Positions 1-9,317 of a stretch of 18,887 nucleotides of DNA are shown piece by piece. The translations under genes and the position numbers were made by a program. Each line of letters starts with the position of its first letter. Within the stretch, counting starts at the first letter, position 1. Source of the DNA: Bdellovibrionota bacterium. Lineage in GTDB: Bacteria > Bdellovibrionota_C > UBA2361 > JBGSMV01. The DNA is taken from NCBI GenBank assembly GCA_044356455.1, contig JBIKWF010000089.1, positions 1-18,887 of the forward strand, read 5' to 3'. The notes under the pieces were generated by a model. The model ran no database searches. It was not told where the DNA came from and saw only the letters and a program-made list of their open reading frames with translations.

Positions 1-15
1 AACAGCAGCGCCAGC

Positions 16-3000
16 ATGCGCCTACATCTCGCCCCTGAGCGAGCCAGCAAACGTGCGCCTCGCACGGCGCAGCCTGAAATAGATCCTGATTTGAGTAAGG
101 CCCGTGACCTGGTGGCAGCGATGAACGCACTTACTGCTCAGTGGGGCTCTCTGCCTCGGGCAGCTGACGAAGCCACCCCCCGGGATCAGTCACCAGACTT
201 TGAGGGGATGTCGCGCGCGGATCTCGAAACCTTTATTTCAAAGACGGTAGCCAGTGCTGAGAAACTGCTTAAAGCTCGTGGCGAACTTAGCACCGAGAGT
301 AGAAAGCTATCCAATTTACTCGCCGATGACAGGGCGTACTCACCCGGTGAAATCGTCTCAACCACACGCTCATATATAGAACGATTCTCAGACAATCAAA
401 GATCCCTCATTGCCCTACTTCCCGACATTGACGCGCTTGCAGTTGCGCAGGGCCGACTTGAACGCATTCAATCTCAAGAGTTCGGTGTTTCGTCATATGC
501 AGTTGCCCAGGAGCAAAGTTCAGATCTCGTTACGCGCACGAATAATCTTTCTCTCGAGTATCGCGGGCTCGGCGGGCTTTTCAATCGAGGCGAAATAAAT
601 CGCTTGTCGGCCGCGCGAAAGAAATTGGAGCCTCTCTTTGAGCTCTCGGACAAAGCTCAAGAGCAAGAGACTATTGCCCGTACCGTGCGTAGCGAAGCGT
701 TCTCGCACCAAGCCGCACACACGGTAATCGAGAGGGCGGCAGCGGCGTTGCTGGATTCAGCGGGCAAGCTGCTAAGCAGTAGCGTGGAGGCGACGAGGAA
801 CTCTACTGAGCGCACACCACCCCCCAAGCTACTAGAGAGCCTTCAGGAACGATTCGTGTCAGAGGTTGTAGTGCCGCATCTTGAGACGGGATTACGCTGC
901 GCCTTTCCACGAATTGGAGCTGCGGAACTCCACCGAAAGGCAGTTGAATTGGGTAATCTAACTCTCGCCGCGGGCTCGCGGAGGGACGATCCAGCTTTAA
1001 CAGCGGCCCTAAAGGAATATAGCTACGCGGTGTCCGGAGCAGTCTACGCGATACAAGAAATGACCAAGGGAGGTCTTGCCGAGACCATTGCTAACCAATG
1101 GAACGTGGCCATCAAACTAAGCGACGCTGGCTGGCGAAACGCGGTGCCTGAAATTCTTTCCCAATTTAATACCGCGGCCAATTCACTTTCTGGGATGCCT
1201 ACAGCTTTAGGAACTTACGGTTTCTTCCTTCCCGGGCTTCATGACTTTGACCACAAGCTGGCGGAACTTCGGAATCGCACGGCCTCAGTCGCAAGAGAGG
1301 TCCACGAACAACTCTCGCCGCACGTTCTGAACTTACTGTTGGCGGATAGCAGCGTGACGGCAATACTTGGCCCCAAAAGCGCGGCCTCGATTCGCAGTCT
1401 GGTGTGCGATCATGCCACGAGGGCTGCCATCGCTACTTCACCGTATGCTGACGCGGGATACGGCATAACCGAAAAGCTCTATCTTGGGAGAGAGCCGAGA
1501 GATGTAGGGCGCGCAATTTTGTTCTCTTACTATTATCGTGGCCATCATGGCACCTGTCCACTCGTGTACCCTTCTGACACCTTTCGGGACGAAAAGCCGC
1601 GGCCGCCACCTCTAAGGCAATATCTCACGGTACTAACAGATGCCGAGGCGCAATCGGCGATTGGAGCTTCAATACCTGGCCTGAGTGACCTTGTGCAGAT
1701 CGGACGGAACTCGCGCACGAGTTCCGCCCTGTTTGTGGGCCGAACTGAGGTATCAGGGTTCGCAGCGATGGCCCACGAACGGGCCCGTGCTGCGCTTGAG
1801 GATCTCTCGGTTCACTTCATAACAGAGGGCTCTCCAGAAGAGGCCGAAGCAGCTGTTGCAGTACTTGGAGGTATTGGAAAGCCGCTTGAGCCAGGGACAA
1901 TTGCCGCGTTACTGGAAGGTTGCAGGAACGAAACTTCCGCCTCCCGAATGACCGCTGCAGTCGCTAAGCTTGCCCCAGATCTACTTGGTAAATCGTCGAG
2001 GGAAGAGTATGCCCAGCTCGCCAAAGAATTCTTAAGACAAATTGGCGGGGAAAGAGACAAGCCTGGCGTGAACGCCCAAGAGGCTGAGCTTATTCGGAGG
2101 GTTCTCGAGCGACCTCTCGATACGGCCACCGTGTCCGCCATCTCTCGTTTGACAGGGGCAGGCCAAAGTGAACTTCGTGTATTGAATAACCATTTGGTCT
2201 CGCTTAGTGGCTTCGAAGATATTGGACTAAGAGAAGTACTGCGCCTAGCCGACAAGACTTTCTGCGAGACTCTTGCCTCAACCGCGGCGCTTGTATCCCA
2301 TCCAAAATTTGCCGACGCTATACAATGTCTGCGCCCCCCTGAGTCTAAAGCTTCCGGGTATTTCAGAATTGACAATAATAACCTTGCGCTGATGCCCCTC
2401 ATTGTCGAACAGCACACCGAGATAGCGGCTAGTATCGCGAGGATGAGAGTACTAGATCCGAACTTTAGCTACCGCGCGCATCCAGTGGGCCCAGTGACAT
2501 CGCCCGAACTCATGCAAGCAGCAATCGATCCTATTAATGATTTGCTGCGGCAGCGCACCCATGATTTGGCAGCCTGGTATGCGGAGGTGGCTTCGAACCA
2601 CCCAGAGGAGAGCAAAGCACTGACTGAGGTGGTATGGAAAGCTGCCAGGGCCACGAATGCAACTGAAGAGGTCTTGGTAGCACTGCTTTCTGCGGAGGAG
2701 AGGAGCAAGGCAGAGGCATTTAGAGAGAACGTAGTTGCTCTCACTGGAACACTGAATTCCAAAACGCGAAATGAAACGGTTTCGATTCCGAGGCGAATAT
2801 ACCAAAACAAGGCGGTGCTTTCAGATCTTGCGGCAGAGCCCTCCCGATTTGCTGACGTAGCAAAAAACCTGGAAAGTCATCTTGCAGCGCTCTCTACCCA
2901 AATAGCCGATAAAGACGGTAAAACTATTAACCACGAGGTACTTTTCTTCTATCTGCGCCTCCCGCACGAGATCCTGGGAGATATTGTTGCTGCCAAGTAT

Positions 3001-5331
3001 TCAAGCGCTGCGCTTTCGGCCATTGTATTTCCAACCATGTCTCAGGCGGGTGAGCGGGAGATCACCGCCAAGATGTTTGCTGAGAAGATTTCGGGGTCGC
3101 ACCCACTGGTCTCGGACAAATATACGGTTGAGTATCTTACCACGCAGCTTCAGGAGCACCCGCAGCTTCAAGGAAAGCTGCTCGCAGCTGCAGTAACAAA
3201 CTTCGCGCAGATTAGCCGGGACGATTCGGCGCATATTCTCGCCGCCACCACCCTGATAAACGCCCTAGGAGATGAAGGATTTGCTCAGGGACTACAAGCC
3301 AAAATTGAAAGCCGACAAATTACGAATGCTGCCTCGCTCTCACAGGTAGCTTTACAAGACGCCGCACACTTGCTCAGTGCTCGATATCCGGAATCCTTAG
3401 TCGCTGAATTTCCTGCTGAGCATGCCGGGAGATTTATCGAGGTAGTTAGTGCCTTCGAAAAGACACTGGCGCGTTTCAATCGAACTGAGCTTATTGCGCC
3501 CTTTCGGGTGCTTGCCACTGTGGAATTGCTGGGCGCCGAGGAGAAGTTCCGAACTGGTAACAAGAAGTTCTTTGCCGAGCTCGATGCCAAGATAGCAGAG
3601 TTGTTTGTTGTTCCTGCTGAGCACGAAGCGGTGCGAGGCTATCTCAGGGAGTACCATGAGCGTGGGTGGTTACCGCGACTTATGCCATCAATGAATCCCG
3701 CAGACCGAGAGACCGCGCTCGAGCTTTGGAACGACCCACGGCACAAGCTTGACCATGTCTTGACTGAAGTGACGGCGGAAGATCGGGTGAACTCAGCCTT
3801 TACTCAGCTTGAAGCACTCTTTCAAGGCGGGCATCTGAGTGCTGAATTTAGAGCTGCCCATCGCCTCGCCGAAACTCGAAATCCTGCCGAAGAGCTGGGA
3901 CGCCGCTGGCGAGCAGCAGATGCTGTTGAGAAAGCCTTGAAGAAAGGGACAGCTGCGGAGGCGAGTACGGCAGACGACGAAGAGATGGTGCGCGCGCTGA
4001 TCGCGGAACTAGGAGCAGCCTCACGAGAGACAGCGCTCGTGCGCTTGGGGCAAATAAAGTCAACCACCCAAAATGAGCAGAAACGGCTCAAGGACTGGGA
4101 GGATCTCCGCAAGTTCGGCATAAGCTACAGCCATAAGCTGGGTGGATATCTTGAGAGATTTAGTGATTCAAGACGTAGGCTCGGTCAGTTTGTGCCAGAG
4201 CTTGAAGAGCTTGGGTTTAGTTTTGTTGATTCCTTCCAGGTCAAGGTATTTCGCGGAGAGCTGAGCGTGCTTAAGCGTGAGCTTGAGAAAGAAGGAAGGA
4301 CTCAAGGAAAGAGCCGCCGCATCAGAGACGAGGGCCGGCGAATGGAAATGGTGGCCATAGTTGAAGAGTTAGATCGAGTGGTAAGCGATGCCGAAGGGTA
4401 TCTGCAGACAGTCTCCGGACAGCTAAAGAAAGTACTGCCGCGCATGGAGGCTAAGGCCGTCTGGGCGCAAGGTCTTGCACAAGATACCAGCAAGGGAGCA
4501 TCTGATCTCCTCGCTGCGATTCGAGAAAAGGATCCGAGCTTGGCTGCGCACCTTAATCAGACCATCTCTGAGGTTACCTTGGAGGTGGAGCGAGTCAGTA
4601 AGGTTCGGCAAGCTCTTGTCGCATATGGAGATCAAACTGCGATGGGAGATATTAAAGGACTTCTAAGTGCACTTTCGGCTGATAGCCAGGCGCAGCCGGC
4701 CGTGTTCACCTACCAAGCAGAACATACCTTCTCTAGAATGTTGCATGCGCTAAAGGGTCAATGTCTCGACTATAGAAGCAATAGAAATAGTATTGGAAAC
4801 AGCCCCTACACGGTCTCGTTTCAGGATCCCTTTAGGCAAGTAGTAGTTGGCTATGATGAGCAAGGAACCGCACGCTTCAACGCACTTGTTTATCTCGCCC
4901 CAGTAGCAAAGGTCAGTCCATCAGCCAAAGAGCTGCCCAAAGAAATATCCTCATCAGCAGACTGCTGCATCGTGCTTGATCCACCGTATGTTCCTGATGG
5001 CTCGCCTCTGACTCGTACCAAGATGGATGGCTATCTGGATTACGCAATCCTCAAATCAGCGGTAACGGGACTTCCTGTGGTCATTCCCTCCACTGTTGCT
5101 CGGCAAATGGCGGCCAGCAGCGATAAGCGGCAAGAACTCCAGGTGCTTGAGAGCGAAGCCGCTAATCTACGCTCGCGAGGATTGGACGCCGTTGTTGAAC
5201 ACGTGGATGTTGGTATCATCACCGGCCCAAGTGGCAGCACTTACTGCGAGATAGTGGGATTTGATCCTTATCGCACGGACGCCGTGATTCGGACTTTGGC
5301 TGTGGTGATCCGTCCCAAGGAAATTGCTTAA
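16..5331 (+). CDS. Very large uncharacterised protein (1771 aa): long helical/coiled-coil body plus a C-terminal alpha/beta domain
   Basis: 5.3-kb uninterrupted ORF rich in Ala/Leu/Glu. Coiled-coil-like stretch at about aa 1340-1545. C-terminal ~210 aa has alternating strand/helix segments (QCLDY, FRQVVVGYDEQG, FNALVYL, IVLDPPY). The frame has no stop from base 1, so the true start may lie upstream of the window. Confidence 0.9.
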   Translation: MRLHLAPERASKRAPRTAQPEIDPDLSKARDLVAAMNALTAQWGSLPRAADEATPRDQSPDFEGMSRADLETFISKTVASAEKLLKARGELSTESRKLSNLLADDRAYSPGEIVSTTRSYIERFSDNQRSLIALLPDIDALAVAQGRLERIQSQEFGVSSYAVAQEQSSDLVTRTNNLSLEYRGLGGLFNRGEINRLSAARKKLEPLFELSDKAQEQETIARTVRSEAFSHQAAHTVIERAAAALLDSAGKLLSSSVEATRNSTERTPPPKLLESLQERFVSEVVVPHLETGLRCAFPRIGAAELHRKAVELGNLTLAAGSRRDDPALTAALKEYSYAVSGAVYAIQEMTKGGLAETIANQWNVAIKLSDAGWRNAVPEILSQFNTAANSLSGMPTALGTYGFFLPGLHDFDHKLAELRNRTASVAREVHEQLSPHVLNLLLADSSVTAILGPKSAASIRSLVCDHATRAAIATSPYADAGYGITEKLYLGREPRDVGRAILFSYYYRGHHGTCPLVYPSDTFRDEKPRPPPLRQYLTVLTDAEAQSAIGASIPGLSDLVQIGRNSRTSSALFVGRTEVSGFAAMAHERARAALEDLSVHFITEGSPEEAEAAVAVLGGIGKPLEPGTIAALLEGCRNETSASRMTAAVAKLAPDLLGKSSREEYAQLAKEFLRQIGGERDKPGVNAQEAELIRRVLERPLDTATVSAISRLTGAGQSELRVLNNHLVSLSGFEDIGLREVLRLADKTFCETLASTAALVSHPKFADAIQCLRPPESKASGYFRIDNNNLALMPLIVEQHTEIAASIARMRVLDPNFSYRAHPVGPVTSPELMQAAIDPINDLLRQRTHDLAAWYAEVASNHPEESKALTEVVWKAARATNATEEVLVALLSAEERSKAEAFRENVVALTGTLNSKTRNETVSIPRRIYQNKAVLSDLAAEPSRFADVAKNLESHLAALSTQIADKDGKTINHEVLFFYLRLPHEILGDIVAAKYSSAALSAIVFPTMSQAGEREITAKMFAEKISGSHPLVSDKYTVEYLTTQLQEHPQLQGKLLAAAVTNFAQISRDDSAHILAATTLINALGDEGFAQGLQAKIESRQITNAASLSQVALQDAAHLLSARYPESLVAEFPAEHAGRFIEVVSAFEKTLARFNRTELIAPFRVLATVELLGAEEKFRTGNKKFFAELDAKIAELFVVPAEHEAVRGYLREYHERGWLPRLMPSMNPADRETALELWNDPRHKLDHVLTEVTAEDRVNSAFTQLEALFQGGHLSAEFRAAHRLAETRNPAEELGRRWRAADAVEKALKKGTAAEASTADDEEMVRALIAELGAASRETALVRLGQIKSTTQNEQKRLKDWEDLRKFGISYSHKLGGYLERFSDSRRRLGQFVPELEELGFSFVDSFQVKVFRGELSVLKRELEKEGRTQGKSRRIRDEGRRMEMVAIVEELDRVVSDAEGYLQTVSGQLKKVLPRMEAKAVWAQGLAQDTSKGASDLLAAIREKDPSLAAHLNQTISEVTLEVERVSKVRQALVAYGDQTAMGDIKGLLSALSADSQAQPAVFTYQAEHTFSRMLHALKGQCLDYRSNRNSIGNSPYTVSFQDPFRQVVVGYDEQGTARFNALVYLAPVAKVSPSAKELPKEISSSADCCIVLDPPYVPDGSPLTRTKMDGYLDYAILKSAVTGLPVVIPSTVARQMAASSDKRQELQVLESEAANLRSRGLDAVVEHVDVGIITGPSGSTYCEIVGFDPYRTDAVIRTLAVVIRPKEIA

Positions 5332-5346
5332 GCGGGTTGAAGAGCC

Positions 5347-7344
5347 TCAAGCATTAAGCCACTGTGATATTTTTTCAACTACCACAGGTGGAGTGAACCC
5401 AAATTTCTCAGCCAAGACTCCCCCTGGAGCTGAGGCACCAAAGTGGTTAATTCCAAGCATGAGGGCGTCGCACCCAACAATCCTCTCCCACCCTACCGTT
5501 GTCCCGGCCTCTATAAGGACACGCTTGGCACTCCGCGGAATGAGAGTTGCCTGATAGCTTGCCGACTGCTTGAGGAAAAGTTCCGCGCAGGGCATGGATA
5601 CTACACGTACTGATTTTCCCTTAGCACCGAGCTGTTTCGCGGCATCCACCGCAACCCAGACCTCAGAGCCGGTCGCAACAATCACCACTTCAGGCTTCTC
5701 AGCTTCGACGACCACATAGGCGCCCTTAAGCACATCCTCTGGCACAAAATTCTTTGGTCGTTCAAGAACGGGAAGATCCTGGCGAGTAAAGAGTAGCACA
5801 CTTGGCGCGTTCTTTGTCTCAAGCGCAGCCATATAACTCATGGCAACCTCCAGACCATCCGCAGGACGATACACATAAGTATTAGGGATAAGACGAAGAC
5901 TCTGAATATGTTCTATCGGCTGGTGGGTCGGACCATCCTCGCCTACCCAGAAACTATCGTGTGTAAAGATAAAGAGAGACTGCAAGTGCGAGATTGCGGC
6001 AAGGCGCACCGTGGGCCGCATATAGTCAGAGAAAACCAAGAACGTTGAGCCATACGGAATCCAGGAGCGAGTATAGGCGAGGCCGTTTACCGCTCCCCCC
6101 ATTCCATGCTCACGAACCCCGAAACGCAGATTCCTGCCCACAAATGCGGGGGCTTGAACATCAGGACTATCTTTAATGAGCGTCTTCGTAGACGGTTCCA
6201 AATCCGCTGAGCCACCAATAAAGTACGGGATATGCTTCGCAATCACTTGGATCGCTTTTCCGGAGAGATTTCGAGTCGAATCCTTCTTGCTCTCTCCTAG
6301 TGTCTTGATCAGATCGTTCTTAAGTCCACTGGGAATAAGACGCTCTGCCTGAGCACGCCACAGCGCAGCTTTGCTTGGGTTCTTCTCGCCCCAAGCTTTA
6401 AATGTGCTATGCCACTGGGCGTATGCTTTTTTCTTCTGCTCAACCATCTTTGAGCAGAAACCCGAAACTTCTGGGGGAACAAAAAATGAGGGTTCGCTGG
6501 GCCACCCAAGAGCTTTCTTGAGACCCGCCAGCTCTTCAGCTCCAAGCGGAGCGCCATGCACTTCGGCATCACCTGCCTTATGAGGAGCACCAAAGCCAAT
6601 GGTGGTGCGAGCACAAATGAGCTTGGGCTTCCCTTTCTCCGCAACTGCGCGCTTGAGGCACTCGCGCATTTCATTCTGGTTATGACCATCACAGCTTTGA
6701 ACATGCCAACCGTAAGCTTCAAATCGCTTAGGAACCGACTCGGTGAAGGTAACCTTGGTATCTCCACCAATAGAAATATGATTGTCGTCGTAAATATAAA
6801 TCAGGTTATCGAGCCCAAGATGGCCCGCAAGCGAAGCAGCCTCATGTGAGATTCCCTCCATGAGATCTCCGTCACTTACAATCCCGAAAACGCGGTAGTT
6901 AAAAATTTCAGGAGAGTATTCTTGGGCGAGAAGCTTGCCCGAAAGCGCGAGACCCACCCCGTTCGAGAAACCCGCACCGAGGGGACCTGTCGTCGTCTCT
7001 ACGCCAGTAGTAAATTCGAACTCGGGGTGACCTGGCGTCTTACTACCCCACTGCCGAAAGTTCTGAAGTTCGGACATGGGGAGATCGTAGCCGAACAAAT
7101 GCAGCAGGGTATAGAGGAGCATGCAGCCATGCCCCGCTGAGAGGACAAAGCGATCGCGGTTTGGCCAATGCGGGTCTTGCGGGTTAAATTGAAGCGTCTC
7201 AGCCCAAAGGACAGCAGCATAATCAGCGCTTCCCATCGGCATGCCTGGATGACCTGATTTCGCCTTTTCAACTCCCTCCGCCGCGAGTACGCGTAGAGCG
7301 CTCGCTAACCCCGCTACTGAGCCAAAGCTATTATCCATAATCAT
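5347..7344 (-). CDS. tkt: Transketolase (copy 1)
   Basis: Motifs [33 protein letters not shown], ThDP motif SDGDLMEG...[35 protein letters not shown]. Start is probably ATG 7344 or 7338 rather than the TTG at 7359. Confidence 0.97.
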   Translation of the reverse strand: MIMDNSFGSVAGLASALRVLAAEGVEKAKSGHPGMPMGSADYAAVLWAETLQFNPQDPHWPNRDRFVLSAGHGCMLLYTLLHLFGYDLPMSELQNFRQWGSKTPGHPEFEFTTGVETTTGPLGAGFSNGVGLALSGKLLAQEYSPEIFNYRVFGIVSDGDLMEGISHEAASLAGHLGLDNLIYIYDDNHISIGGDTKVTFTESVPKRFEAYGWHVQSCDGHNQNEMRECLKRAVAEKGKPKLICARTTIGFGAPHKAGDAEVHGAPLGAEELAGLKKALGWPSEPSFFVPPEVSGFCSKMVEQKKKAYAQWHSTFKAWGEKNPSKAALWRAQAERLIPSGLKNDLIKTLGESKKDSTRNLSGKAIQVIAKHIPYFIGGSADLEPSTKTLIKDSPDVQAPAFVGRNLRFGVREHGMGGAVNGLAYTRSWIPYGSTFLVFSDYMRPTVRLAAISHLQSLFIFTHDSFWVGEDGPTHQPIEHIQSLRLIPNTYVYRPADGLEVAMSYMAALETKNAPSVLLFTRQDLPVLERPKNFVPEDVLKGAYVVVEAEKPEVVIVATGSEVWVAVDAAKQLGAKGKSVRVVSMPCAELFLKQSASYQATLIPRSAKRVLIEAGTTVGWERIVGCDALMLGINHFGASAPGGVLAEKFGFTPPVVVEKISQWLNA

Positions 7345-7448
7345 TCCAGCAAGATACAAAAAAAATCAAAAAAGCCTGGAGCAAATTCTCACAAACTCGG
7401 GAACTACATTAACCAGGGACTTTTCCTTCCCTTTGGCTTCCTACTACA

Positions 7449-7559
7449 TGGCATGTTTCTGGCATTGAAGCCTATTACCCTTCCGCGAAGCTGTGTTCGC
7501 ACAGCTTTGTGGATGCCTGACTCCTCGTTAAGTGGGCTCCCCCGCCCACTTAACTTTTT
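7449..7559 (+). ncRNA. Candidate small structured RNA
   Basis: Hairpin TCCGCGAAGCTGTG-TTCG-CACAGCTTTGTGGA with a UUCG loop and G-U pairs that work only on the + strand, followed by a + strand intrinsic terminator. No credible + strand CDS here. The 5' end is inferred. Confidence 0.4.
7527..7559 (+). terminator. Intrinsic terminator
   Basis: Perfect 11-bp stem GTTAAGTGGGC/GCCCACTTAAC, loop TCCCCC, then TTTTT on the + strand. Confidence 0.75.
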
Positions 7560-7570
7560 CCCCCTCCTAG

Positions 7571-7679
7571 GAGTGTGTCCCGTAGAAACATTAATCCTCA
7601 TTTTGGACACAATCCGTAGGGGGGCTGTCCCGTTGCCACCACAACATGTAGTGGTAGAATTTTTCTACGGGACAGACTC
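7571..7679. mobile_element. MITE (non-autonomous IS derivative), 109 bp, CTAG target-site duplication
   Basis: Left end GAGTGTGTCCCGTAGAAA (7571-7588) and right end TTTCTACGGGACAGACTC (7662-7679) are a 17/18 inverted match. CTAG flanks both sides (7567-7570, 7680-7683). Too short to encode a transposase. Confidence 0.8.
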
Positions 7680-8237
7680 CTAGGCAAGGCGCCACTTAAT
7701 TGAGCAGCCGATCGGATGAGAGAACTGGGGCTCTGGCTTCATGCCCTTACTTAGTTGATCGAGCGCCTGGGCGAGAAACCCTTTACTAACCGCAGCAGGG
7801 TTCTTCGGGCTATCATTTATCGCTCCGTGAAAGACGAGCTCATGCTTCGAATCGAAGAGATAACATTCTGGAGTGCATGCTGCGTCAAACGCCTTCGCTA
7901 CCGCTTGTGATTCATCATAAAGATAAGGGTACGGAAGCTTCATTTCCTTCGCTTTTATCTTCATAGGTTCAAATGCGTCATCCGGGTACTGAGCGGCATC
8001 ATTAGAACTCACTGCAACAGCACGTAATCCCTTTGCCTGATACTGCTTTACCAACTCAACGAGCTGAGCTTCCGAGCCCTTTACATAAGGGCAGTGGTTA
8101 CAGGTAAAGACCACTAGCGCCATGCTGCCATCACGAAGATAGGTGTCTCCTACCGTTGCGCCGTCAACGCTCGGCAAAGCGAAGGTTGGAAGAGCTGAAC
8201 CTAAAGGGAATTTGATACTACCAGTTGCACGTTCCAT
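7680..8237 (-). CDS. Thioredoxin-fold protein, AhpC/TSA/redoxin (PRX-like1) type
   Basis: VVFTCNHCPYV CxxC motif, SSND..YPDD, YPYLYDESQAVAKAFDAACTPE, C-terminal GCSIKW. Confidence 0.92.
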   Translation of the reverse strand: MERATGSIKFPLGSALPTFALPSVDGATVGDTYLRDGSMALVVFTCNHCPYVKGSEAQLVELVKQYQAKGLRAVAVSSNDAAQYPDDAFEPMKIKAKEMKLPYPYLYDESQAVAKAFDAACTPECYLFDSKHELVFHGAINDSPKNPAAVSKGFLAQALDQLSKGMKPEPQFSHPIGCSIKWRLA

Positions 8238-8276
8238 CAGCCAAAGACCTCTATGTCTATAAACGCTTCAAAGCAT

Positions 8277-8316
8277 GGGAATTACCACTTCTGGAGGCGG
8301 AAATTACCACAGCTGG
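8277..8316. promoter_or_regulatory. Direct repeat with 22-bp spacing upstream of the thioredoxin-fold gene
   Basis: GGGAATTACCACTTCTGG (8277-8294) and GGAAATTACCACAGCTGG (8299-8316), 15/18 identical. Confidence 0.4.
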
Positions 8317-8381
8317 GGAGTTTTATGTGTAAATAAAATTTTGTGTGTAACCAAAAACAAGCGCAAGTAAAAACGACGCAC

Positions 8382-9317
8382 TCAAGGCTTCTGTGCGCGG
8401 TAATAACGCGAGTGTTGACGCAAGAAGCGCTCGACATGGTCAGAAAACCACTGTGGATGCTCAATCATCGGAGCGTGCCCACAATTTTTAATGGTGTGGA
8501 GCTCTGAGTTTGGAATGAGCTTATGGAATTGCTTCGCAACATCCATAGTAGTTACCAGATCATCCTCCCCCCAAAGAAGCAGGGTCGGAACTTTAATCTG
8601 GGGAAGCAGTTTTTGCAGATTATCTTTCTTGGCACTTCGCGCTGCGTGAATGAGATTCAGCACGTTACTTCTGTTAGTAAGGATCTGATAAATTTCTTCT
8701 ATCGCGGCATCCGTAACGAACTGGGGCCCATTAAATACTCGCCCCATATGCTCGCGAACAAACTTCCTGTCTGGTCTCACAGGAAGCGCGTCAACAGAGT
8801 GCTCGTAAAGCCCAGACGAGCCCGAGAGAATTAAACAATCAACAAGCTCGGGGGACGTGAGGCAAAGACGCAGTGCGATGTGCCCACCCATGGAATTCCC
8901 GCACAAGGCGACCGGCGCCAGGCCACGCAAACGAACAAAAAATTCAGTAAAGGCCGCGAGAGGCTTAATTTTTACTTCCGAGCGATGTCCCGAAATTATC
9001 GGAAGCTGCAAGGCAAGCGGTCGCGTGTACTTTTCAAAAAGAGGAAATACCGAATCCCAATTTGAAAGCGCACCAAACAATCCATGCAAGAGCACCATTT
9101 CAGGGAGGCCAGATGCCGCCCCAGCTCCAGCCGACCCCGCAACTGCACTCTGAAGATTCGATTCAGTTACATGGAACTGAGGCACGGTCTCATGCTTAAG
9201 CCACTGAGGATCGCAGGAACCTAGGCGCGCGGCGCTCTTCTTAACGTCACCGAACACTGCAGCAGCCTGAGCGGCATTTACCTGAGAATTGTGTAGAGGC
9301 GGGATCTTGCTGGCCAT
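8382..9317 (-). CDS. Alpha/beta fold hydrolase
   Basis: LLHGLFG oxyanion motif, nucleophile elbow GNSMGG, LLWGEDD (Asp), NCGHAP (His): complete Ser-Asp-His triad. Confidence 0.93.
   Translation of the reverse strand: MASKIPPLHNSQVNAAQAAAVFGDVKKSAARLGSCDPQWLKHETVPQFHVTESNLQSAVAGSAGAGAASGLPEMVLLHGLFGALSNWDSVFPLFEKYTRPLALQLPIISGHRSEVKIKPLAAFTEFFVRLRGLAPVALCGNSMGGHIALRLCLTSPELVDCLILSGSSGLYEHSVDALPVRPDRKFVREHMGRVFNGPQFVTDAAIEEIYQILTNRSNVLNLIHAARSAKKDNLQKLLPQIKVPTLLLWGEDDLVTTMDVAKQFHKLIPNSELHTIKNCGHAPMIEHPQWFSDHVERFLRQHSRYYRAQKP

Noticed and set aside
7404..7683. Short ORFs 7404-7610 (-) and 7453-7683 (+)
   Set aside because: They run through a terminator and a MITE and show no protein-like features.
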